Assembly: GCA_964556685.1 (NCBI GenBank)
Contig: CAZKWX010000002.1
Coordinates: 10,541 to 74,540 of the forward strand
Reading direction: 5' to 3'
Origin: an uncultured Bdellovibrionales bacterium
Lineage (GTDB): Bacteria; Patescibacteriota; Minisyncoccia; Moranbacterales; DUUL01
Length of the DNA: 64,000 nt
Shown: piece after piece, positions 28,175-37,432 of the stretch
Position numbering within the stretch: the first letter of the stretch is position 1
Layout: the number at the start of each line of letters is the position of its first letter
Notes under the pieces: generated by a model
What the model saw: the letters and a program-made list of their open reading frames with translations, nothing else
The model's database searches: none
What the model was told of the DNA's origin: nothing
Program-made: the position numbers and the translations under genes

Positions 28175-31100
28175 TCATTCTATGGATACATTTTCTTTCC
28201 CGACTATATTTCTGATTTTGTCGACTACTACTTCGTCATAGTCAATCTGATGAGGTGTTTCTAACTTTGAACCATTATCTTCGGTGGTCAAATAGACTCG
28301 GCATTTGCCTTTTTCAGCGCTGCAGACCACTTGAGATATTTTTTCTAAAACATCATTGCCGCATTGGTCACCAATGCAAACGGTAATGTTTTTTTTGATC
28401 GGTTGATTGATATTATTACTAATAGACGTGTTAAAATTATTTGTATTATTCATACCAAACCCCCCCTTAGTCCCCCCCTTGGTAAGGGGGGGAGAATTAC
28501 GAGTGAGTAATTCTCGGGGGGATCTGTCTGATTCAGAATTTTTATATTTTTGTAATTCTTCCTTATCAACAATAAAACCATCCTCGCAAAGCAGTTTCCA
28601 TTCGCCCTCTTTTTCAGAAAGTCTTCCTTTGGCCAAAATGACTTTTTCTTCTTGCCAAACATCTGGATCTTTTTCAAGAGTCTTGGGGAAGACTAGGCCT
28701 TCTATTTTTCCAACTCCATCTTCAATGACAGCAAAATACATCAGCTGATTGTTTCGAGTGTAGACTTTTTGAATTTTTGTAATGATTCCACCGATGGTCA
28801 CTGTTTGATTGGTGTGATCGCGAGTGATGCTTCGGATGGGCAGAGCTTTAGCTGAAAAATAATCCTGATAGCCGCGCAGTGGATGGTCAGAGACATAAAG
28901 CCCTAAAAGCTCTTTTTCCCAGGAAAGCCTTTGATTTTTTGAAGCTGGGGGAACATCCTTGAGGGTGATTTCAGGAGATTGAATAGTCTGTTCTCCGCCC
29001 ATGGCGAAAATGGAAGACTGGCCGTTGGACGAATTTTTCTGAAAATCTTTAGAGTGAGCTAGTAGTGTTTCTATATTTTGAATCACTTTGTTTCGATTGC
29101 CATCAACAATGCTGTCCAGCGCGCCTGATTTGGCTAAAGACTCAATAGATTTTTTGTTAAGATCTTTGTCTTGAATTCGTTCAATCAGGTTAATAATGTC
29201 TTTGTAGGGACCATCTTTCTTGCGCTGCTCAATGATTTCTTCAGCAATGTGAGCGCCTACACCCTTGATGGCTTCGAGGCCAAAACGAATTTTTGGCTGA
29301 TCAGTTTGAGCCGTTTCAGCAATTACTGCGAAATCTCGAAAACTTTCGTTCACGTCGGGAGCGAGAACTTCAATGCCTATACCGCGAACTTCTTCAATTT
29401 CAATGGCAATCCGATCAATGTCGTCTTTGTCAGAGTTGAGCAAAGCAGCCATGAATTGAGCCGGATAGTGAGCTTTAAGATAGGCGGTTTGATAGCCGAT
29501 CAGGGCATAGCAAGCAGCGTGAGAACGATTAAAACCATAACCGGCAAAAGGTTCGACAAAAGAAAAAACTTTTTCAGCCAGTTTTCGATCCACTCCATTT
29601 TTCACACAGCCATCAATAAATTTGGCTTTCTCCTCCTGAATCAATTCATGAATCTTCTTTCCCATAGCTTTTCGCAGCACGTCTGCTTCTCCGGGAGAAA
29701 ATCCAGCCAATTCTCGAGCAATCTGCATCACCTGCTCTTGATAGACTGCCACGCCATAGGTCTTTTCCAAGATGGGTTTGAGTTTGGGGTGAAGATAGGT
29801 GGCTTTCTTGCGACCATGTTTTCCAGCAATGAAATCAGGAATCCACTCCATCGGTCCGGGTCGATAGAGAGCTACCATAGCAATGACGTCTTCAAAAGTG
29901 GTGGGTTTGAGTTGGCGCAGATTTCTTTTCATGCCGCCAGATTCCAGCTGGAACACGCCAGTGGTGTCTCCTCGTTGCAGCAACTGATAGGTGTCTAAAT
30001 CATCCAGAGGGATAGTTTCAATGTTAATCTTTTTACCAGTAGTTTTTTCGACAATTTTCAGAGTGTTTTCAATAATAGTAAGATTTTTTAATCCCAAAAA
30101 GTCCATTTTCAAAAGTCCAATTTTCTCCACATAGGAAGTCTTGGAGGAGGCACTATATTGCGTGACAATAATTTGTTCTTCTGAGCCTTTGCGTCCAGCC
30201 ATATATTGAAGGGGAGTGTAGCTGACAACTGGCTCTTTGGTGATCACCACTCCACAGGCATGCACTGAAGCATGACGCGCTACTCCTTCAAGTCGCAACG
30301 CAGCGTCGATAACATTTTTAGCATCTTCATTAGTATTATATTCATTAATTAACTCCTTAGAGCTTTCCAATGCATCCTTGAGCTTGGTGAACATGGGAAC
30401 CGTTTTGGCTAATTTGTCGCAATAGGAATATTCCACTCCTAAAACCCTTCCAGCATCACGAATGGCAGCTCGAGCGGCCATGGTTCCAAAGGTAATGATC
30501 TGGGCCACGTGGTCATTGCCATATTTTTTTCGCACATAGTCTAAAACTTCATCTCTTCGATGATCAGCAAAGTCAATGTCAACATCCGGCATGGAGATTC
30601 GATCGGGATTCAAAAATCGCTCAAAAAGCAGTTCGTATTTAATGGGATCGATATCAGTGGTGTTGGTCAAATATGAAACAAAACTGCCAGCGGCGCTTCC
30701 TCGGCCAGGACCCACAATGATGCCAGAATCTTTGGCCCAGTTGATGAAATCTTGAACGATCAGGAAATAGGAAGAGAAGCCCATTTTCTCAAGCACGCCT
30801 AGCTCATATTCAAGTCTTTCCTGGTGTTCTTTGGTGTAACCTTCTTTGTCCGGGTATCTTTTTTCAATGCCTTCCTGGCAGAGTTTTCTCAAATATGAAT
30901 CAGGGGTGAAGCCGTCAGGAACACTGAAATGGGGGAGCAGAATTTCTCCAAATTTTATTTTCACGTCACATTGCTTGGCGATCTTTTGAGTGTTTTCAAT
31001 AGCTTCGGGAGTCTCCTTGAAAAACTCGATCATCTCCTCGGGGCTTTTCAAATAGAGGGCTGAATCAGCCATGGACAATCGATTAGTGTCGGCCACTTTT

Positions 31101-31852
31101 TTGTTGGTTTGAATGCAAACTAAAATGTCCTGAACAGAATTGTCGTCAGGATTGACATAATGAATGTCAGCGGTAGCGACCAAAGGAATACCAGTTTCTT
31201 TCGAAATTTGTTTCAATCCCTCATTAGCAATTTTTTGTTTTTCTAGGTTGGGCTGATGGTGCAATTCAAGATAGTAGTTTCCTTTGCCAAAAATTTCCTG
31301 ATAGTCTAGCGCCTTTTCCTTGGCCGCATCCAGCTTTTTGGAAATAATCAGTTGAGCTGGCTCTCCTTGAATGCAACCACTCATGCCAATGAGGCCCTCA
31401 GAATATTTTTTAAGCAATTCCATGTCCACTCGAGGCTTGTAATAATAACCCTGAAGGTGAGCCTCAGTCACCAATTTCATGAGATTCTTGTAGCCCTGAT
31501 TGTTTTTAGCTATCAGGGTCAGGTGATAGCGCTCGTCATCAATGTTAGGCCGCTTGTTGTGCATCCCGTTGGGAGCAACATACATTTCACAGCCAATGAT
31601 TGGTTTAATGCCGCGTTTGGTGGCTTTTTCATAAAACTCAATCACGCCATACATGGTGCCATGGTCAGTGATGGCGATGGAATCCATGCCTAACTCCTCG
31701 ACCTTGTCGAGAATATCATCAATTTTTCCCAGACCATCTAGGAGGCTATAGTGAGTGTGAACATGAAGATGAGTAAACCGAGCTGGTTTACTTGTTTCTT
31801 GCCCTGCGGAAGCAGGGCTTCTTTGCAGGGTTTGATTTTCTGATTTTGGCAT
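28175..31852 (-). CDS. dnaE: DNA polymerase III subunit alpha
   Basis: PHP HLHVHTHYSLLDG, GPGRGSAAGS, MPDVDIDF, GLLKMDFLGL, GYGFNRSHAACY, OB fold. Confidence 0.98.
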   Translation of the reverse strand: MPKSENQTLQRSPASAGQETSKPARFTHLHVHTHYSLLDGLGKIDDILDKVEELGMDSIAITDHGTMYGVIEFYEKATKRGIKPIIGCEMYVAPNGMHNKRPNIDDERYHLTLIAKNNQGYKNLMKLVTEAHLQGYYYKPRVDMELLKKYSEGLIGMSGCIQGEPAQLIISKKLDAAKEKALDYQEIFGKGNYYLELHHQPNLEKQKIANEGLKQISKETGIPLVATADIHYVNPDDNSVQDILVCIQTNKKVADTNRLSMADSALYLKSPEEMIEFFKETPEAIENTQKIAKQCDVKIKFGEILLPHFSVPDGFTPDSYLRKLCQEGIEKRYPDKEGYTKEHQERLEYELGVLEKMGFSSYFLIVQDFINWAKDSGIIVGPGRGSAAGSFVSYLTNTTDIDPIKYELLFERFLNPDRISMPDVDIDFADHRRDEVLDYVRKKYGNDHVAQIITFGTMAARAAIRDAGRVLGVEYSYCDKLAKTVPMFTKLKDALESSKELINEYNTNEDAKNVIDAALRLEGVARHASVHACGVVITKEPVVSYTPLQYMAGRKGSEEQIIVTQYSASSKTSYVEKIGLLKMDFLGLKNLTIIENTLKIVEKTTGKKINIETIPLDDLDTYQLLQRGDTTGVFQLESGGMKRNLRQLKPTTFEDVIAMVALYRPGPMEWIPDFIAGKHGRKKATYLHPKLKPILEKTYGVAVYQEQVMQIARELAGFSPGEADVLRKAMGKKIHELIQEEKAKFIDGCVKNGVDRKLAEKVFSFVEPFAGYGFNRSHAACYALIGYQTAYLKAHYPAQFMAALLNSDKDDIDRIAIEIEEVRGIGIEVLAPDVNESFRDFAVIAETAQTDQPKIRFGLEAIKGVGAHIAEEIIEQRKKDGPYKDIINLIERIQDKDLNKKSIESLAKSGALDSIVDGNRNKVIQNIETLLAHSKDFQKNSSNGQSSIFAMGGEQTIQSPEITLKDVPPASKNQRLSWEKELLGLYVSDHPLRGYQDYFSAKALPIRSITRDHTNQTVTIGGIITKIQKVYTRNNQLMYFAVIEDGVGKIEGLVFPKTLEKDPDVWQEEKVILAKGRLSEKEGEWKLLCEDGFIVDKEELQKYKNSESDRSPRELLTRNSPPLTKGGTKGGFGMNNTNNFNTSISNNINQPIKKNITVCIGDQCGNDVLEKISQVVCSAEKGKCRVYLTTEDNGSKLETPHQIDYDEVVVDKIRNIVGKENVSIE

Positions 31853-32063
31853 TGTGGTGAAAATGGGAAACGCGAAGTTTATTTACTTGGGTATTATACA
31901 GGTTAAAAGGATAAATTTCAATTTGACTTGGGTCAAAAAATTTGGGAGAGATATAACACGTATTATTTAGTAATTGATTTTAGTACCTAAAGATGTTAGG
32001 TTAGATGGGTAGGTAAAAAGTGCAAAGTTTAAAATTACAGATTAAAATTTAACACTTGATAAA

Positions 32064-32324
32064 ATGAGCGGAAAAGACAAAGAAATTACACTCGAGAGCA
32101 ACATTATGGAGGTGGTGCAGACGAATCCAAAAACAGCTGAAGTTTTTATGAAACACGGGCTTCCTTGTGTGGGCTGTGCTGCATCTCGATTTGAAAAAAT
32201 ATCTGATGTTGTCGCAGAGTTCGGAGTGGATGAAGAAGAATTAGTGAAAGAGCTGAACGAAGCTGTGGATCCCACTTCGTCCCGTCAAGGCGGAACTACG
32301 AAGGACAATGCAAAGAAAGCATGA
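32064..32324 (+). CDS. DUF1858-domain protein
   Basis: I.EVV...PKTAEVF..HGL.CVGC....E.I pattern; C-terminus is repeat-derived. Confidence 0.8.
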   Translation: MSGKDKEITLESNIMEVVQTNPKTAEVFMKHGLPCVGCAASRFEKISDVVAEFGVDEEELVKELNEAVDPTSSRQGGTTKDNAKKA

Positions 32325-32398
32325 TTCGAGAAAATGTGATATAATCATTTTAAGGGGAAAATCCCTGCAGGCGCGGGGATTGTATTTTGGTTAACCAT

Positions 32399-34018
32399 AT
32401 GATTAGACGTCTCACCAACCATTTCGTCAATGGCGAAAAAGTTTCTGAATCGATCACTCGATCAGCAGCTTTGATTGCGGTGATGGGAATTGCCAGCCGA
32501 TTTTTGGGTTTGATTCGGGATAGAATTTTAGCATCAAAGTTTGGTGCTGGTGATGTGCTGGACGCCTATTATGCTGCTTTCAAAACTCCTGATTTGATCT
32601 ATGGACTTTTGGTTCTGGGAGCAATTTCAGCTGCCTTTGTCCCGATTTTCACTTCACTGATTTCTAAAAACGATGAAAAAACAGCTTGGCGATTGGTCAA
32701 TATTTTGATTTCAGTGGGAGTGATTGTTTTGGGAGCAGTCTCAGTGATTCTGTTTATTCTTGCTCCGCAAGTGATTGACGTTTTGACTTTTGGATATAGC
32801 GATGAGAAGAAAGAGCTGGTGACTCAATTGACTCGAGTGATGCTGCTTTCTCCAATCATCTTGGGAATTTCAGGAGTGATGGGAGGAGTACTCAATTCTT
32901 TTAAAAAATTCTTCTTCTATTCATTAGCGCCAATTATGTATAACGTGGGAATCATATTTGGTGCTTTATTTTTGATTAAACCGTTTGGGCCAATGGGATT
33001 GGCCCTGGGTGTCGTTTTAGGTGCGTTGCTTCATTTGGCGATTCAAGTGCCAGAAGTGGTGCGCTCCGGCTTCAGTTTCCAATGGATTGCTGATTTCAAG
33101 GATAAATATCTCAAAAAAGTTATTTTACTGATGATTCCACGAGCGCTCGGAATTGCAGTGGCGCAAATCAACTTGATCGTTGTCACGGTGCTGGCCTCAA
33201 CATTGGCGGCAGGAAGTTTGGCTGTTTTCACCTTTGCTGACAATCTTCAAAGCGTGCCGCTGGGAATTTTTGGAATTTCTTTTGCTATAGCCGCTTTTCC
33301 CACACTGTCATCTCTTTGGGCCAAAGGAGAAAAAGAACAGTTCATCACTCGTTTCACCAACACTTTGAGAAAGGTGATGTTTTTCATCATTCCGGCCTCA
33401 GCGCTCATTTTTGTTCTACGTGCACAGATTGTGCGTGTGGTGCTGGGAACCGGTCAATTTGACTGGGAAGACACGTTGCTCACTCTTTCGGCTCTTGGAG
33501 TGTTCACTTTTTCTCTTTGGGCTCAAGGTGCCATTCCGCTGCTGGCCCGCGCTTTCTATTCGATGCAAAACACTCTCATTCCATTTTTAATAGGTCTTTT
33601 TTCCAGTGCGGTTAATGTCACTTTGGCGCTACTGCTGATCGACGAGCACGGCATCATTGGTTTGGTTTGGGCCTTTAGTATTGCCGCCATAGTCAATGCC
33701 ACGTTGCTCTTCGTGGTGTTGCGAACAAAAGTAGGTGAAATGAAAGGACGAGGATTTTTGAAAATGATTGGTAAAGTGTTAGTGGCCACAGTGATCATGA
33801 TTACAGTGACGCAGGTCATCAAAAACACAATTAGTGCCGATCCTTTTGGAGAAGACAGAACATTCTTGGGAGTTTTCACTCAGATGATGGTGGCTTTAGT
33901 AGGTGGGTTATTCACCTATATCGTTATGGGCAAGATTCTTAACATTGAAGAAATGCATCACTTTGTAGCCGTGGCGAAAAGGAAAATGTCGAATAGGAGT
34001 AAGCTTCCTAAGAGCTAA
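32399..34018 (+). CDS. murJ: Lipid II flippase MurJ (MviN)
   Basis: SRFLGLIRDRILA..FG, DAYYAAF..PD, GAISAAFVP, RAFYS. Confidence 0.95.
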   Translation: MIRRLTNHFVNGEKVSESITRSAALIAVMGIASRFLGLIRDRILASKFGAGDVLDAYYAAFKTPDLIYGLLVLGAISAAFVPIFTSLISKNDEKTAWRLVNILISVGVIVLGAVSVILFILAPQVIDVLTFGYSDEKKELVTQLTRVMLLSPIILGISGVMGGVLNSFKKFFFYSLAPIMYNVGIIFGALFLIKPFGPMGLALGVVLGALLHLAIQVPEVVRSGFSFQWIADFKDKYLKKVILLMIPRALGIAVAQINLIVVTVLASTLAAGSLAVFTFADNLQSVPLGIFGISFAIAAFPTLSSLWAKGEKEQFITRFTNTLRKVMFFIIPASALIFVLRAQIVRVVLGTGQFDWEDTLLTLSALGVFTFSLWAQGAIPLLARAFYSMQNTLIPFLIGLFSSAVNVTLALLLIDEHGIIGLVWAFSIAAIVNATLLFVVLRTKVGEMKGRGFLKMIGKVLVATVIMITVTQVIKNTISADPFGEDRTFLGVFTQMMVALVGGLFTYIVMGKILNIEEMHHFVAVAKRKMSNRSKLPKS

Positions 34019-34042
34019 TTAAGTTTCTTATAGATTAGGATG

Positions 34043-34073
34043 ATAAAAAACCGGCACTTGGCCGGGTTTTTAT
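34043..34073. terminator. Intrinsic terminator after murJ
   Basis: aaaaaaccggc-acttg-gccgggtttttat. Confidence 0.7.
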
Positions 34074-34154
34074 TTAAAGTCATATTTAAAGTCATCCATA
34101 GAGTATTCTATGGTATATACTAACGTATATACGTTTTTTGACTAGTACAAACAA

Positions 34155-34187
34155 AAAACTCAGCTCTTCTGACCGGAGCTGAGTTTT
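34155..34187 (-). terminator. Intrinsic terminator for the 37132-34210 gene pair
   Basis: aaaactcagctc...gagctgagtttt. Confidence 0.65.
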
Positions 34188-34209
34188 AAGTTATCTAATT
34201 CAAAATTTT

Positions 34210-35757
34210 CTACGGTCCTCTTTCGTGCCAGCCTGGACTGCAAGCCGTCATGTTACACTCATAGGGATTATCTTCAATCCTCACGCAGTATTCATTCTGA
34301 TAGAGACCGAATTGTTGTCCGCCGTCACAAATTGCATTGCAGGCTGATAAATCGACATTTCCTCTATCTTTGCTATAAACTTTGCAAAAAGCTTGTACTT
34401 GAGCTGATTCAATAACGCTATCACTTTTTGAATTTTGACAGGTAATGCTATAGGTATAGATGTTGGGAATATCGATGTTAATAACATCTGTTCTATCACC
34501 GTTGCTGCTATTGTCAACGATGAAATCGTTGGGATTATATCCGCTCCAATTAGCTCCAACTGAACAGCTATCCACATTCTCAGCATTCCAGACGAGAGTG
34601 GTGCTGACGGGAAAACTGGCAATGCTTTCTTCTTCAAAGTTAGCTGGGATTGCCAACAGGCTCAAATTGATTTCAGCAAAGTCGGCTGAACAAGACGTAT
34701 CGGTTCCACCCCCATCTCCCAAACAATCCCAAGTCCAGCCAGTTGGATTATCAACCAGATTAGCCAACGTTCCGGCAGAACATAGAAGGGAAGTGTCGCC
34801 TGGTAGGGTATATATTTCTTGTCCGTCATAGGCAACATTACATTCACCATCAGTCACTGGATCAGCTACTTCAACAATCCAAGTCACTGAAGTAGAACCA
34901 AGCTTCATGGTGTTTCCCCAAGTGCCATTGACTCTTGGATCATAGCCCTTATTCATGTTGCCACAATCACCGCCACCACCGGGATTCATGCTTTCTTCAC
35001 TGGGTGACCAAAAAACCCAGGTCAGAGCATGGCTATGGATGTTCCAATTATTATTACATCGATCAACACCGAGAATTTCTGTCCGAGCAACACTGCTATC
35101 TCGGCACCCGCCGCAATATTCATTGCCAGGATCATAGCCATCGCACATTTTGCATTCAAACCTTCGATAGGGCCAACCATCAGCATGACCTCTTCTGACA
35201 GATGCCACTGACCAGATGCGCGAGTTTGTTTTACTAATATCAGCGGTCAGAGTTACTGTGCCGGGATTGTTAGCAGTGCAACTCATTCCCGAGCAGCTGA
35301 CAACTCCGCTGTCGCTGGAACTTAGAGAAACTGATGGTTTGACAGCAGTCCAATAGACATAACCGCGGAGATTTCCATCGATATATAATTCTTGTCCATC
35401 TTTAATGTCGCTAAAACACTGGTTGTTGATTGAACTGCACCATTTTCCATAGGGCGTGTCGAAGCTTGCCCCAGTGCCATTATAAAAAGGCTTCTCTGGG
35501 TCATAGGAGAAATTGATCACTTCTCCTGGAGCAATTGATGTTCCACCCGACGTCATTTCAACACTATGCATGACTGACAAATTTCCGTTGGCAACGGTTG
35601 TCGATGCCCCGCCATCAGAGAAATCATGAGTATAGTTTTTACTGACAGTTGAAGTTCTGGCCTCAAATGCATAAACAGCAGAGCATGAAAAGAAAAGCCC
35701 AACCATTAAGGACAACAGTATCCAGCTTTTGTTCTTTTTTAAAATACCTGCATCCAT
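34210..35757 (-). CDS. Secreted Cys-rich protein with Ig-like segments
   Basis: N-terminal signal peptide; SSDSGVVSC...PGTVTLTA Ig-like motif; DGEC...LCSAG...WTWDC.G.GGG...CSA module. Confidence 0.75.
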   Translation of the reverse strand: MDAGILKKNKSWILLSLMVGLFFSCSAVYAFEARTSTVSKNYTHDFSDGGASTTVANGNLSVMHSVEMTSGGTSIAPGEVINFSYDPEKPFYNGTGASFDTPYGKWCSSINNQCFSDIKDGQELYIDGNLRGYVYWTAVKPSVSLSSSDSGVVSCSGMSCTANNPGTVTLTADISKTNSRIWSVASVRRGHADGWPYRRFECKMCDGYDPGNEYCGGCRDSSVARTEILGVDRCNNNWNIHSHALTWVFWSPSEESMNPGGGGDCGNMNKGYDPRVNGTWGNTMKLGSTSVTWIVEVADPVTDGECNVAYDGQEIYTLPGDTSLLCSAGTLANLVDNPTGWTWDCLGDGGGTDTSCSADFAEINLSLLAIPANFEEESIASFPVSTTLVWNAENVDSCSVGANWSGYNPNDFIVDNSSNGDRTDVINIDIPNIYTYSITCQNSKSDSVIESAQVQAFCKVYSKDRGNVDLSACNAICDGGQQFGLYQNEYCVRIEDNPYECNMTACSPGWHERGP

Positions 35758-35773
35758 TAATTTGTTTGAATAT

Positions 35774-37132
35774 TTAGAACTGTTCTGATTTAGGTTTTCT
35801 CAACAATATCCAGACGATAAATATAAGAATTAAAGCGAAAGAAGCAATCAAAATCAATGTTATCGAGGAAGAACTAGCTAAAGAGCTAACTAAAGCTTTT
35901 TCAGATTGACAGCTTTCTAGTTGTTTGCAGTCATAGGTCACTTCGTATTCATCAACCCTCTTTCCGTTTTTGTCATACAGCTGCGTTTTGAGCTTGAGGT
36001 AGTCCAAATTTTCTTTGGCTTGGAGATCTTTTTTTGCAGCCATCATGGAACTAGTAATTTTTCCCTCGTAGGATAAATCGTCAATTTTGTTGCCTCCTCT
36101 TCCAAAAAGCGAAACCTCGATCTTACCCAAAGTGTCCAACGCGGAAGTGTTGTGAAAGCAAGAAAAGAGAGTGAAGACCTCATCTTTTTTAAGAGGAAAA
36201 CTAGTTATGGCCGGATAGTTCATTCGAGGTCTCTCTTGATCGCTGGCCATCCGAATGTTCACAATCGATTTTTGATTTTCTGATGCGGCAGTAATTTTCA
36301 AATAATAGACTGATTCATTCATGTCGGGAATGACATAGGCCAGTTTCTCAGTTGAGTTAGCTGGAATGACAATCGTTTCAGTTCTTTGATCCGCCAGATC
36401 GGTCTGATCTAAACTGTCCCAATAATATAATTGATAGGTCACTAACACTCCCTTGTCCACATCAGCCGTATTTTCAATTGGTTGAATGACAGAAACTTCT
36501 TTATGCGGTTTCATCAAAGGCCAATTGCCAATGTGCTTGTAGGATTTTCCATTAATCTGAGTTTCATCTCGCTTAAAAGAAACATAAGAAACGTTATCGC
36601 TGATTATTTCGAAATCATCGCCTCCGACAATTATTTCATTAGTGAAGGGAAGTCCACCCAGATTAAATTTCTTGCCGACTGAGAAAAAGAAATCGGCCTT
36701 GTATGTTCCGGCAGAAAGGCCCTCTGGTACTGACCAGTCAAATTGAACCTCTCTCTCTTCATTGGCGTCCAAAGCAACTTTGTTTTTGGCAAAAAATTCA
36801 TCAACCACATAATGGCCCTCTTTCAGATAATTGTCATTATAGCGGGAAACTCTGACGAAGATATAGCCATCGATAACGGGATAATCATTTTGATTGATCA
36901 ATGATCCATTGAATTTGACCACTTCGCCTGCCCCGTAAGAATCTTTTTCTGTTCCAGCGCTGACTTGGACGCTTTGAAATTTGTAGTAATCAAAACAGTC
37001 AGTCACCGATCCATTGGTACTGACTTTCTTTACACTAGGAGAAGATGTATTTTGGCTGATTTGTTTAACCAGAACTATTAGCAACACAAAAAATAACGCG
37101 AAAACAGCGGTGCTGATAAGGATTCTTTTCAT
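35774..37132 (-). CDS. Membrane-anchored extracellular beta-rich protein
   Basis: N-terminal and C-terminal TM helices; beta-sandwich-like middle (SYGAGEVVKF, WSVPEGLSAGTY). Confidence 0.75.
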   Translation of the reverse strand: MKRILISTAVFALFFVLLIVLVKQISQNTSSPSVKKVSTNGSVTDCFDYYKFQSVQVSAGTEKDSYGAGEVVKFNGSLINQNDYPVIDGYIFVRVSRYNDNYLKEGHYVVDEFFAKNKVALDANEEREVQFDWSVPEGLSAGTYKADFFFSVGKKFNLGGLPFTNEIIVGGDDFEIISDNVSYVSFKRDETQINGKSYKHIGNWPLMKPHKEVSVIQPIENTADVDKGVLVTYQLYYWDSLDQTDLADQRTETIVIPANSTEKLAYVIPDMNESVYYLKITAASENQKSIVNIRMASDQERPRMNYPAITSFPLKKDEVFTLFSCFHNTSALDTLGKIEVSLFGRGGNKIDDLSYEGKITSSMMAAKKDLQAKENLDYLKLKTQLYDKNGKRVDEYEVTYDCKQLESCQSEKALVSSLASSSSITLILIASFALILIFIVWILLRKPKSEQF

Positions 37133-37432
37133 TTTTGTTTTTATCGGTTATTTATATAATTATAAATAAATTTTAAAAAGTACGCAAGGAATATTTTTTT
37201 ATAACGAAATGTGTTGAATACTTGAATTATATGGGATATGACCTAAACTAAATAAATGGGATGATTGGGGATTATAAGCTATGAATTAAGATTTAAGAAT
37301 AAGTTTTTAAGAATGGAGAATATACGTAACTTTTGCCCCGTAAAATTTCGCTTAAGCGAAATCACGGGGTAAATATTATTGCTCACTCTGAAAAATCGCT
37401 TCGCTCATTCGGGGCAGGCATTGATCACTACT

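Noticed and set aside
6523-31693. Numerous antisense or alternate-frame ORFs overlapping rpoB, rpoC, thrS and dnaE (e.g. 11037-11711, 29171-29998)
   Set aside because: Shadow ORFs of long genes, with no recognisable motifs or independent start signals.
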